Source of the DNA: an uncultured Spirochaetota bacterium
Lineage (GTDB): Bacteria > Spirochaetota > Spirochaetia > SZUA-6 > Fen-1364
DNA length: 64,000 nucleotides
Direction of reading: 5' to 3'
NCBI GenBank assembly: GCA_963745235.1
Contig: CAVUXE010000010.1
Location: 32,001-96,000 of the forward strand
Shown here: in pieces, positions 19,312-28,557 of the stretch
How the letters are laid out: each line of letters begins with the position of its first letter
Position numbering within the stretch: the stretch's first letter is position 1
The notes under the pieces: model-generated
What the model was told of the DNA's origin: nothing
What the model saw: only the letters and a program-made list of their open reading frames with translations
Databases searched by the model: none
Translations under genes and position numbers: made by a program

Positions 19312-20170
19312 TCACGCCGCCGAGCACCTGGATCCAGACGATGGACTCCCCCAGGAGCGCCACTCCGCCGAGCGCACCGACCACGGGAATCAGGTTCACG
19401 TAGGGGCTCACGGAAACGGGCCCGAGGCGGGAAAGCGCGTAAACGTACAGGAAGTTCGAAAGAGCGGAGCAGAAAACGGCAAGGTAGGCGAGACTGACCC
19501 AGGCGGCAGGGGTGATGAGCACCCACTGCCCGCGCTCGAGCAGGCAGAACGGAATGAGGAAAGCGGTGCCGAAGATGGACTGGTAGGTGGTAATGGCAAT
19601 ATCGGAAAGCCGCGTGTGCAGGTTCTTGCTCAGAAGGATGTAGGCGACCCAGGCCGCGCATGCGCCGAACATGAAGAGGTCTCCCGCCAGGGAAAGGGGC
19701 GCTGCCTCAGCGGCCCCGGGGCGGCCAACCACGAAAACCACCCCCACCACGGAAAGCGCAATGCCTGCGCCGATAATCCACGAGATGCGGGTGCGGTAGA
19801 AGACAGCTTCGGTCGCTACCGTGACCACGGGGATGACCGCAATGATGAGGGAAGCGTGGGACGCGGAGGTGAGCTTGATCCCGCGGGATTCAAAGAAGAA
19901 GTAGATCGTCACGCCGCACAGCCCGCTTGCAAGGAGCGGGAGGAGGTCTTTCCGCCGGAGGCGCGCCGCCGGGTCGAACCGTCGAAGAAAGATGTTCAGG
20001 ATCACCGTTGCCGCGACAAACCGGAGGGTGACCATTGTCATGGGAGGAACGCCCGTATTCAGGATTGTCTTGGAGGCGACAAAGGACAAACCCCAGAAGA
20101 GGACGGTCCCCCAGATCGCGAGCAGCGCAAGGCTGCGCGAGGGGGCGTAAGCGCCGGTATGTGTCGACAT
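19247..20170 (-). CDS. EamA/DMT-family transporter
   Basis: FWGLSFVASK, TSASHASLII, YVNLIPVV, LGE; multiple TM segments. Confidence 0.88.
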   Translation of the reverse strand: MSTHTGAYAPSRSLALLAIWGTVLFWGLSFVASKTILNTGVPPMTMVTLRFVAATVILNIFLRRFDPAARLRRKDLLPLLASGLCGVTIYFFFESRGIKLTSASHASLIIAVIPVVTVATEAVFYRTRISWIIGAGIALSVVGVVFVVGRPGAAEAAPLSLAGDLFMFGACAAWVAYILLSKNLHTRLSDIAITTYQSIFGTAFLIPFCLLERGQWVLITPAAWVSLAYLAVFCSALSNFLYVYALSRLGPVSVSPYVNLIPVVGALGGVALLGESIVWIQVLGGVIILAGVLLVSRRQPAGPPIEG

Positions 20171-20203
20171 TATGGTGCACCACGCTACCAGAATGCCCGG
20201 TTT

Positions 20204-20266
20204 GCGGCAACTCCCGGCCGCGGGAACTCCCGGAGCGCGAACTGCCGGCCGCGGCACCGACGGGCC
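20204..20266. repeat. Degenerate ~16-bp tandem repeat, four units
   Basis: GCGGCAACTCCCGGCC / GCGGGAACTCCCGGAG / CGCGAACTGCCGGCC / GCGGCACCGACGGGCC. Confidence 0.6.
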
Positions 20267-20304
20267 GGTGCGCCTCTGCCCGCCATGGTGTATGATAGGC
20301 GATC

Positions 20305-21126
20305 ATGAGCGACGCCATCCGGGGCAAGAGCATCCTCCTCACCGGCGCAACGAGCGGAATCGGCCTCGCCACCGCTCGGTCCCTGGCGGGCTCAGGCGCC
20401 CGCCTCCTGGTCCACGGGCGGGACAGGGGAAAGCTGGACCGCGTGATTGCTGAGCTTGCCGCTCTGGGGGCGACGGTCAAGGGATTCGTTGCCGACCTTT
20501 CATCGCTGGAGGAGACCGCGGCGCTTGCGCGCGCGGTGGCGAGCTCCGAAGGTCGTCTGGACGTCCTTATCAACAACGCCGGGGTTGGATTTGGTCGTGA
20601 CGGGAAGAAGCGGGAGCTGAGCAGGGACGGGCACGAGCTTCGCCTGGCGGTGAACTACCTGGCGCCTTTCCTTCTCACTGGGGACCTGCTTGCCCGAGGG
20701 CTTCCCCGGCTGGCGGTGATCAACGTGGCCTCCGCGGGGCAGGAGACGCTGGACTTCGATGACCTGATGAGCCAGCGCGCCTACACCGGAGTTCGGGCCT
20801 ACTGCAGGAGCAAGCTCGCCCTCATCATGCTGAGCTTCGACCTCGCGGCGCTTCACCCCGCGCTCCAGGTGCACGCCCTTCACCCCGGCACCTACCTGGA
20901 CAGCCAGATGGTGCGGGACGCCGGCATCGCGCCCCTGGGGCCGGTGAGCCGCGGCGCGGAGTCAATCCTTCAGGTTCTCACCATGGCGCTTGGCGGTGGG
21001 GTCTCAGGCAGGTATTTCGACCGGGCGAGGCCCGCGCGAGCCCTTGCCCAGGCGTATGACACGGCAGACCGGAGCAGGCTGAGGGAAATCAGCTTGAAGC
21101 TTGTGGCGCCGTGGCGCCAGACCTGA
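20305..21126 (+). CDS. SDR-family oxidoreductase
   Basis: TGATSGIG, LINNAG, YCRSK. Confidence 0.92.
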   Translation: MSDAIRGKSILLTGATSGIGLATARSLAGSGARLLVHGRDRGKLDRVIAELAALGATVKGFVADLSSLEETAALARAVASSEGRLDVLINNAGVGFGRDGKKRELSRDGHELRLAVNYLAPFLLTGDLLARGLPRLAVINVASAGQETLDFDDLMSQRAYTGVRAYCRSKLALIMLSFDLAALHPALQVHALHPGTYLDSQMVRDAGIAPLGPVSRGAESILQVLTMALGGGVSGRYFDRARPARALAQAYDTADRSRLREISLKLVAPWRQT

Positions 21127-21153
21127 TCTCGCCTCGCCAGCGGGAGGGCTCCC

Positions 21154-21681
21154 CTACTCCAGCCTCATCTTTCTGAGCTTCGGCGATATCACGACCCTGC
21201 AGTACCCGGCGCTCGTGTGGGTGTTGTAGTAGTTCTGGTGGTAGTCTTCCGCCTTCCAGAACTTTTCCAGCGGGCGGATCTCCGTCACGATTGGATCGTG
21301 CCACTTCTTCTGGGCTTTCTTGAGCGAGGCCTCCGCGGCTTTCTTCTGGTCCTCGGAAGCAGTGAGGATGATGGAGCGGTACTGGGCTCCCACGTCGGCT
21401 CCCTGCCGGTTCGGGGTGGTCGGGTCATGCGACTGCCAGAAAACGTCCAGCAGCTCGTCGTAGCTGATCAGCTGGGGGTCGAACTCCACCTGCACCACTT
21501 CCGCGTGGCCCGTTTCCCCCGTGCAGACCTGCTCGTAGGTCGGCTGGGAAACGGAGCCGCCCGCGTACCCCGAGGTCACCGACAGCACCCCCTCGATCCG
21601 CTGGAGCACCGCCTCCAGGCACCAGAAACATCCGCCGCCGAACGTCGCCGTTTCGTGACGGCCGCCCAGACTGTCGCTCAT
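21154..21681 (-). CDS. msrA: Peptide-methionine (S)-S-oxide reductase
   Basis: GGGCFWC, GYAGG, TGHAEVV, AEDYHQNY. Confidence 0.96.
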   Translation of the reverse strand: MSDSLGGRHETATFGGGCFWCLEAVLQRIEGVLSVTSGYAGGSVSQPTYEQVCTGETGHAEVVQVEFDPQLISYDELLDVFWQSHDPTTPNRQGADVGAQYRSIILTASEDQKKAAEASLKKAQKKWHDPIVTEIRPLEKFWKAEDYHQNYYNTHTSAGYCRVVISPKLRKMRLE

Positions 21682-21742
21682 CTCGGCCTCCCCGGAGAAT
21701 CTACCCAGGAAAGCCTCAGTCGGACAGCGCGGCCCCCCTTTG

Positions 21743-23464
21743 TCACCGGGCCTCGGCGAACAGGTAGCGCTTCACCTTGCGCGTGGATGTCTTGGGCAGC
21801 TCCACGGCGGAGAGCTCGAAGCTCTGCGGGATCTTGTAGAGCGCCGCGCCAGCGGTGCACTTCTGGATCTCTGCGCGGACGATCCTGCGGATGTCTTCCT
21901 CCGTAAGGTCCTTGGCCGGCTGCATTGCCGCCAGCACGTCAGGATCGGGATAGATGATGGCATGGGGGTACTCGCCGCCCCCGCGGTCCAGCTTGCCCAC
22001 CACCACCACCTCGGAGAGCAGCGGGCTTGCCTGGAGCAGGTTCTCGATCTCCTCCGGGTAGATGTTCTTGCCGCCCTTGGTGACGATGACGTTCTTCAGC
22101 CGGCCCGTGATGGAGAGGTACCCGTCCTCGTCCAGCTTCCCGATGTCACCCGTGTGCAGCCACCCGTCGGCGTCAATGACCTCCCGCGTCTTCTCCGGCA
22201 TTCCGTAGTACCCCAGCATGACGTTGGGGCCTTTCGCAAGGACCTCTCCGTTGCCGTTGTGATCCGGGGCATCGATGCGCACCTGCACGTTGTGCAGGGG
22301 CAGCCCCACGGAGCCAGGCTTGTTGTGCGCCGGGCAGGTCGTGGAAATCACGGGAGAGGTCTCCGTGAGCCCGTATCCCTGGAACGTCACGAGCCCCAGG
22401 GCCTCCATGCCGTCAATGACATCTTTTGCGATTGGCCCGCCCCCGGAAACGAAGAATCGAAGCTTCGAGACCCCGAGCTCACGGGCCACCGATTTGAAGA
22501 GGAGCTTCCCCAACCGGACATGGAGCACCTTGAAGAAGAACATGCTCACGGCGAACATGAGGCGGAACAGGATCCGCACCATCACGCCCCTGGCTTTCAC
22601 ATTTGCGAGGATCCCCTTGTAGATCTTCTCGATCAGCAGCGGCATTGCCGGCACGCAGGTGGCGCCGGTGTCCTTCATGATCCCGATGAGCACGTTGGTC
22701 TTCATGGACGGGACGCTGGTGATCCGCCCGTAGCTGAGAAGGGGTGTGAAGATCCCCAGGCTGGTGGGATAAGTGTGGTGGAAAGGCAGCACGATGATCC
22801 AGTTGTCCTCCGGCCCGAGGGGAGTGGTCATCTGCACGCCGTCCCCGTTCTCCACGAGGTTCCGGTGGGACAGCATGACCCCCTTGGGTGTGCCGGTGGT
22901 CCCCGAGGTAAAAATGAGCGCCGCCAGCTCGTCGGGGGACACCGCGGCCCCGGCATACCCGTGGTCCCCGGATGAGATCAGGGCCCTTCCCTTCTCCACC
23001 ATCGCCATGAACGTCTCACAGGCAGGATCCGCATTATCGAAAAGGACAAGGCTCTTCACCGCCTCGGCGGCGGCTTTTCGGGTCTTCTCCAGGTACTCGG
23101 CGGACGTGAAGATGATCCGGGCGCCGCTTGCCCGCACAATTGCCGCAAGCTCTTCGCCCTTCAAGAGTATGTCATAGGGAACGATCACGGCGCCGACGCA
23201 GGTCACGGCCAGGTAGGTGATGACCCATTCGCTGCGGTTTTCGGAGATAAGACCGACACGGTCTCCCTTCCTGATTCCCCCGGCGAGGAGCGCGGTTGCA
23301 AGAGCGCGGATGTGCTCCCGCAGCTCGCCATAGGAGATCGTCCAATACCCGGCATCCCTCTTCATGGTGAGGGCCGCGGCGCCGAGCATCTCGTCACTGA
23401 AACTTTCCACCATTTCCCGGATGGAGTGGACACCCCGGGACTCCGCCACCTTGTTGATCTGCAT
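21743..23464 (-). CDS. Long-chain fatty acid-CoA ligase (AMP-binding family)
   Basis: FTSGTTGTPKGVMLSH, QGYGLTETSP, GWLHTGDIG, NIYPEEIE. Confidence 0.9.
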   Translation of the reverse strand: MQINKVAESRGVHSIREMVESFSDEMLGAAALTMKRDAGYWTISYGELREHIRALATALLAGGIRKGDRVGLISENRSEWVITYLAVTCVGAVIVPYDILLKGEELAAIVRASGARIIFTSAEYLEKTRKAAAEAVKSLVLFDNADPACETFMAMVEKGRALISSGDHGYAGAAVSPDELAALIFTSGTTGTPKGVMLSHRNLVENGDGVQMTTPLGPEDNWIIVLPFHHTYPTSLGIFTPLLSYGRITSVPSMKTNVLIGIMKDTGATCVPAMPLLIEKIYKGILANVKARGVMVRILFRLMFAVSMFFFKVLHVRLGKLLFKSVARELGVSKLRFFVSGGGPIAKDVIDGMEALGLVTFQGYGLTETSPVISTTCPAHNKPGSVGLPLHNVQVRIDAPDHNGNGEVLAKGPNVMLGYYGMPEKTREVIDADGWLHTGDIGKLDEDGYLSITGRLKNVIVTKGGKNIYPEEIENLLQASPLLSEVVVVGKLDRGGGEYPHAIIYPDPDVLAAMQPAKDLTEEDIRRIVRAEIQKCTAGAALYKIPQSFELSAVELPKTSTRKVKRYLFAEAR

Positions 23465-23487
23465 GAAAGACTCCTGAAGCCCGCCCG

Positions 23488-24012
23488 CTATTTCGAGATT
23501 GCGAGCCGGCCAAAGACTGCGGCTGCATGAACGACCAGGGCCGGCTCCCCGTCGCGATACGCCGCCGACGTGTATACTGTGTCGCCGAAGGACACCGAAC
23601 GGCCGTCCGGCGCGATGATGGAGCCGAAGGCCGCCGACATGTCGATGCGGACCGGGAGGGCGGGGTTGATGCGCAGGACGCCGCTGCCGAAAACCACGTT
23701 CACCCGGATGACGATGGTCGCGGGGCCCGGGGTCGCCGTGGAGAGGTCCACGTCCCCGCTGCCGAAGATGACATTGTAATCCCTGTCCCATCCCGCCGTG
23801 TATCTCTGGTGGGACGCGGAGAAAGCGGCCACCGGGCCCCTGTCAGCGAGCGGTCCCCGCACGAGGACCCTGATTCCGACATAGACGAAAAGGACGGCGA
23901 TGATCAGGCGGACAATTGGCAGGTGGAAGGGGAGCATGCGCCGCAGGATGAACCACACCCCGACGGCAATGAGGAGGACTCCCCAGAAGATCCCATCGAT
24001 CAGGGACGGCAT
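23488..24012 (-). CDS. LiaF-like membrane protein
   Basis: Two N-terminal TM segments (IFWGVLLI), then repeated VIFGSG / VVFGSG / AAFGS / AVFG strands. Confidence 0.6.
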   Translation of the reverse strand: MPSLIDGIFWGVLLIAVGVWFILRRMLPFHLPIVRLIIAVLFVYVGIRVLVRGPLADRGPVAAFSASHQRYTAGWDRDYNVIFGSGDVDLSTATPGPATIVIRVNVVFGSGVLRINPALPVRIDMSAAFGSIIAPDGRSVSFGDTVYTSAAYRDGEPALVVHAAAVFGRLAISK

Positions 24013-24060
24013 TGACGATTCTCCTTGATGCCTCCATTGAAAGGCGCGCTGTAGGGGGTG

Positions 24061-25413
24061 TCAAGCGCGCCGCTGGACCTCGGCGTTTATCCGGTCCCGC
24101 AGCCACTCCTGCTCGCGGGCGGAGAGCTCTCCAGCGAACCTGAACGTCCGCGCTCCGATGTCCATAGAGAGAAACGAACGAGAACGGGAGTGGCGACCGG
24201 AGCGGGATGAGGACCTCCCCAGCTCAGACACGCAGGGCCCCACCTCCGAAAGGGGCGCGGAATCCTGTCGACGAAAGAAGAGGAACCTCCTTGTGAAGGT
24301 GACTCCCTGGTCATCGACGGTGATGCCGGTCCTGCCAAAGAGGCGGTACACTGCCCTCGAGATGATAAGAACCCCGATTCCCCAGAAGGGAATCGAGAAC
24401 AGGCTGAATCCGAAGGGAGCTCCCGTGGTCACCGCGGAGTACGTCCAGAACCCGATGATCCCCAGCCAGATGATTCCGAAGCTGCCGTAGGGGGACCTGC
24501 CGCCTCCGCGCTCGGGGACCTCGATGGACACGCGGCCGTCACTCTCTCGGAGCCTGATGCGGGATGCGTAGGGGACCCCCCGGGAGGAAGCCGGGGTGTC
24601 TCCCCCGGGAAGGTCTTTTCCCCTCAGGAGCGCGGCCGCGTCGGCCACCGGGAGCGTGCGCCGCGCCTCGTCCGGCTCCAGCCAACTCCCGAGCACCCGC
24701 CTCAGCCCAGGGGAGGAGATCTCCACCACGGAGCGGAAATCTATCTTCATGTCGCGGGTGGGAAGGTCCGCCGGGTTTCTGTGCGTCAGCAGGAAGAGAA
24801 GTGTGGCCGCCACGGCGTACAGGTCCGAGCGGATTGTTGCCCGGCCGGTGAACTGTTCCAAGGGTGTATAGCCCGGAGTCCCGATGATGGTGGAGCTTGT
24901 GACGCCGGAAATCCGAATGGCGTCCTGCACGCCCCCGAAATCCAGCAGGAATACAGCGGCGTCAGCGCGCTGAATGACATTCCTCGGGTTGATGTCCCGA
25001 TGGATGACCGGAGGCCGCACGGAATGGATGTAGTCCACCACGTTCAGGAGACGCGCGCCAATGTCGCAGATCTCCTCTTCCGTTGCCCGCCAGCCCGTGT
25101 CCACCTTTTCCTGCAGGCTCTTTCCATCGACGAACTGCCGCACGAGCACAAAGCGCGCGCTTCCCTCCACGTCGGCGCGGAAGAAGTCCTTGTAGGCGGG
25201 GATGCAGTCGTGATGGAGCCCTTTGAGGACCGCGGCCTCCCTCTCGAAAAGCTCAACGGCTTTCCAGTCCCGCAGCAGGTCGAGGTGCAGCAGCTTCGCC
25301 ACCGCGGAGGAGTCGTCCCGGGTGTCCCGGACCAGGAAGGTGATTCCCGCGCCGCCCCTGCCAAGCTCCCGCTCAATCGTGTACCGGTCCCCCAGCAGGT
25401 CGCCGCTCGTCAT
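24061..25413 (-). CDS. Hanks-type Ser/Thr protein kinase with C-terminal TM segments
   Basis: LGRGGAG, VAK, HRDINPRN, DFG, GTPGYTPLEQ, SDLY. Confidence 0.9.
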   Translation of the reverse strand: MTSGDLLGDRYTIERELGRGGAGITFLVRDTRDDSSAVAKLLHLDLLRDWKAVELFEREAAVLKGLHHDCIPAYKDFFRADVEGSARFVLVRQFVDGKSLQEKVDTGWRATEEEICDIGARLLNVVDYIHSVRPPVIHRDINPRNVIQRADAAVFLLDFGGVQDAIRISGVTSSTIIGTPGYTPLEQFTGRATIRSDLYAVAATLLFLLTHRNPADLPTRDMKIDFRSVVEISSPGLRRVLGSWLEPDEARRTLPVADAAALLRGKDLPGGDTPASSRGVPYASRIRLRESDGRVSIEVPERGGGRSPYGSFGIIWLGIIGFWTYSAVTTGAPFGFSLFSIPFWGIGVLIISRAVYRLFGRTGITVDDQGVTFTRRFLFFRRQDSAPLSEVGPCVSELGRSSSRSGRHSRSRSFLSMDIGARTFRFAGELSAREQEWLRDRINAEVQRRA

Positions 25414-25502
25414 AGGTGCGATGGTAGCAAAGAAGTTCCTGGCCGTCAAAGAAACGACGGCAGGGGTTCGGGGGTATATAGGACCGGGGAAGGAGACAGA
25501 GA

Positions 25503-25727
25503 ATGGCGATCAAGAGGATGAGACTTGCAACCTGGCTGGTGTCACACAACCTCATGACCCTGGATCAGGCCAATGAGGTCATGCATGAGCAGCGGCAGCA
25601 GACAGGCCACATCCGGGACAGGTTCGGCAGGATCGCGGTCAAAAAGGGCTACATATCCGAAGAAGCGCTGACACGGGCATACCTCGCGAAGGAAAGGGAA
25701 GAGGCCGCGGTCAGATCCTCTCTCTGA
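25503..25727 (+). CDS. Small stand-alone MshEN-like protein
   Basis: Two degenerate MshEN repeats (RLATWLVSHNLMTLDQANEVMHEQ; RFGRIAVKKGYISEEALTRAY) and an AGGAG SD. Confidence 0.65.
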   Translation: MAIKRMRLATWLVSHNLMTLDQANEVMHEQRQQTGHIRDRFGRIAVKKGYISEEALTRAYLAKEREEAAVRSSL

Positions 25728-26364
25728 CCCAGGGGTAGGCTTCCTCGAAGCTGGCAAAACGCAGGTCGGCGAGCCGGGCGTTGTCGCGGGAGGCGAGCTC
25801 CGCGACGAACGCAACGGAAATGCCCGCCCTGCGCGCCGCCTCGATCCCCGCGGGGGAGTCTTCGAATACCAGCGCTTCCCGCGGGGAAGCTTTCAGCGCG
25901 TCGAGGGCCTTGAGGAACCCCTCCGGGTCGGGCTTCCCCTTTGCGCAGTCCTCGTCGCTGAGGATCAGGTCAACGCTGTCGGCGCGCATGCCGATGTTGT
26001 CCAGCATGGCATTGATTTCGGCCCGCGTGGACCCGCTGACAATGCCCTGCGGCACCGGGAGAGCGAGCATCCGGTCGAAGCCCCTGGCCACGCGCAGTTT
26101 TCTGTCCTTGAGAAAGTCGCTTTTCCTGCGCAGGAATGTCTCCCAGACTTCCTTCATTGTCTTGTGAAAACCGCGGTTCTTCGCCAGCCAGTCGAATACG
26201 CCGCTCCAGGAGAACCCGTACAGGAGATCCAGCTCAGCCTGGCTGAGCTCCAGCGAGTATTCCTTCAGAAGCAGATCTGAAAACAGGGCATCGTTGATGC
26301 GCTCACTTTCGACGATGGTATCGTCGAAATCGTAGATGATGGCACTGATCCTGTCCGGTTCCAT
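25711..26364 (-). CDS. HAD-family phosphatase
   Basis: YDFDDT, KGKPDPEG, FEDSPAG. Confidence 0.9.
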   Translation of the reverse strand: MEPDRISAIIYDFDDTIVESERINDALFSDLLLKEYSLELSQAELDLLYGFSWSGVFDWLAKNRGFHKTMKEVWETFLRRKSDFLKDRKLRVARGFDRMLALPVPQGIVSGSTRAEINAMLDNIGMRADSVDLILSDEDCAKGKPDPEGFLKALDALKASPREALVFEDSPAGIEAARRAGISVAFVAELASRDNARLADLRFASFEEAYPWVRERI

Positions 26365-26440
26365 GGCGCGGGAGTATAGAGGAAAACCGTGTAAAAGTCC
26401 GCGCAAGGTGATACAATCCGGGTGAAAAGGGTAGACCAGA

Positions 26441-27154
26441 ATGCGTCTGAAGAACTACAACGAAGATCTCGTCCTGGACACCGTGAAAATCGTCCTCAAG
26501 GACCGTTCGGACGTGCGCCCCACGCGCTCCTTTATCCTGGACGTCGCGGCATATGTGCTCAACAGGATCCCTCCCAAGTACATCACGAGCGAGCGTGGAT
26601 TCACGCGCGAGGTCGTCCAGGCGGCCGGCAACGGAAACGGCGAAGGGCACCGGCTCGTGAACGTCATCGAGCTGATCGCTTACGTCAACCGGGCCATCGA
26701 GGTCGTTGCCAGACGCCGTCGTGACCGCGCCCCTGCGCGGAGCAGGCGGGCTCCCGCGGCAGCGTCGGACAACGGCGCGGCGCGGCTCACGTACTTCTAC
26801 AACATGCCCCATATCTTCGGAAGGATCGTGGATGCGCGGGATGGGACGCCGGTGATCTCCGCGGAAGCCACCCTCTGGATCAACGACAAGGTGGCGCCGC
26901 CCGCGGAAACCGGATGGCGCAATCCCTATCTGACCAACGAGCAGACCAGCGGCTATTTCAGCTTCTGGCCCCTGGTGGAAAGCGGTGACTCCGACACCAT
27001 GCGGGCGCAGCTGAAGATCGGGTTCCAGCACGAAAAATACGAACCGTTCACGTTCCGCAGGAGCATCAAGGTGCCCGGAGATTTCTTCTACTATGACTAT
27101 ATCCGCGGCGACAAACTCCTCGATGTCGGGACGCTCGCCATGCGCCCCGCCTGA
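26441..27154 (+). CDS. ComFB-family protein with a C-terminal beta-sandwich domain
   Basis: LKNYNEDLV, LDVAAYVLNRIPPKYITSERG, IEVVARRRR; spirochete-type extension. Confidence 0.82.
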   Translation: MRLKNYNEDLVLDTVKIVLKDRSDVRPTRSFILDVAAYVLNRIPPKYITSERGFTREVVQAAGNGNGEGHRLVNVIELIAYVNRAIEVVARRRRDRAPARSRRAPAAASDNGAARLTYFYNMPHIFGRIVDARDGTPVISAEATLWINDKVAPPAETGWRNPYLTNEQTSGYFSFWPLVESGDSDTMRAQLKIGFQHEKYEPFTFRRSIKVPGDFFYYDYIRGDKLLDVGTLAMRPA

Positions 27155-27275
27155 CGACCGCGGCGGCGGAGGCGCGCCTGCGCGCAGTTCTGCGGACAGG
27201 GCACCGGAATTTGCCTTCCCCGGTGCTGCATGCTATTATCAATATAATGGGTGAAAGTCGGATGGAGGGCACACC

Positions 27276-27557
27276 ATGGAACCCAGGAAAATCACTTCTG
27301 ATGCTCTGAAGCGTGTGTTCACCGACCTGCGCACCGGCGATGAAAAGGCAATAGGCACCTGGCTTTTCAAGGGATATCGCGTCCAGGTGAGCCGATATCA
27401 ATCCTCGGGGACGGAACGCTCCGCGCTCCTCTACAGGAAAAGACGGGACCAGGGCCTGTGCGTGAGGTGCGGCGCAAAAGTCACGCGGAAGAATCCACTG
27501 ACCGGCATGCTCTACAGGTTGTGTGACGCTCACAGGAAAGAGATAGACAGAAAGTAG
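27276..27557 (+). CDS. Small basic protein with a putative zinc finger
   Basis: CVRCG...RLCDAH; Arg/Lys-rich; GGAGG SD. Confidence 0.7.
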   Translation: MEPRKITSDALKRVFTDLRTGDEKAIGTWLFKGYRVQVSRYQSSGTERSALLYRKRRDQGLCVRCGAKVTRKNPLTGMLYRLCDAHRKEIDRK

Positions 27558-27558
27558 G

Positions 27559-28440
27559 TCACAAACCGGGATCTGACAGGACCGGCGTCTGGATGGTTGC
27601 TGCCGGCTGGGCAGCGGCCGGGTGAGGAGCTTCCTGGGTGCCGGGCAGCTGATCCGGCGGTCCGAGGGGAGGGCCGGGCTCGGTGGGCTCGGCCTGCGGA
27701 TCAGGAAACTTCGTCAACAGGTACTCGTAACGCTCCCGCATCTGCCTGCTTTTCTGGAAGGTGTTGACGTTGAACCGCAGGGGGTTGGTGATGATGGTCA
27801 CCAGCCGCCGAAGCTCGTCCAGGGACAGGGCTGCAACGCTCGTTCCATAGTAATAGTAGGAAGCGGCTCCGATCCCGTAAATGCCTTTCCCCCATTCGAT
27901 GCAGTTCAGGTACAGCTCCAGGATCCGGTTCTTGGGCATCAGCAGGTCCATCTCTATGGCGATGAGCGCCTCGCCGTACTTGCGGAAGTACGTCTTTCGG
28001 GGAGTGAGGAAGAGGTTGCGCGCGAGTTGCTGCGGTATGGTGCTTCCCCCGTACAGGGGATAGCCAAGGGCCCGGTCCACCAGGTAGGCGTCCCGGATCG
28101 CCCCGAGATCGATCCCGAGGTGGCTGTAAAAACGATAGTCTTCCAGCCGGATCACCATTCTCCGGGCAACGAGGGGGATTCGATGCAGGGGAACAAAGCG
28201 CACCCGCTCCGCTTTCTGGTGCACCGTCGCTCCCCGCCAGACCATCAGCGCCGTCACCCCGGGGTTGACCCGGAGCAGGGCGAGGCTGGCGATGAGCACC
28301 AGGAAGAAGAGCACCGCGTGGGAGATGAGGAGGCCTGCAACGAGGAACCTGGCGAGCTTTCCCGCAATCCGGGAAGGCTTCACGACGTCCTTGAGCCAGG
28401 CCATCCGAAGCGCAATGGACTCGGAAAAGCGGGCGTTCAT
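27559..28440 (-). CDS. mtgA: Monofunctional peptidoglycan transglycosylase
   Basis: EDYRFYSHLGID, GGSTIPQQLARNLFL, RKYGE, KNRILELYLN. Confidence 0.85.
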   Translation of the reverse strand: MNARFSESIALRMAWLKDVVKPSRIAGKLARFLVAGLLISHAVLFFLVLIASLALLRVNPGVTALMVWRGATVHQKAERVRFVPLHRIPLVARRMVIRLEDYRFYSHLGIDLGAIRDAYLVDRALGYPLYGGSTIPQQLARNLFLTPRKTYFRKYGEALIAIEMDLLMPKNRILELYLNCIEWGKGIYGIGAASYYYYGTSVAALSLDELRRLVTIITNPLRFNVNTFQKSRQMRERYEYLLTKFPDPQAEPTEPGPPLGPPDQLPGTQEAPHPAAAQPAATIQTPVLSDPGL

Positions 28441-28557
28441 GTCGGATTGCCAAGGCAACGTTACGGAAGCAGGGCCCGAAAGTCAAGCCGGACCGGATTT
28501 GGAAGCGGATCTTGAGGACCGGACCCGGTTGCCCGAGATATGGTATCCTCAAGCACT

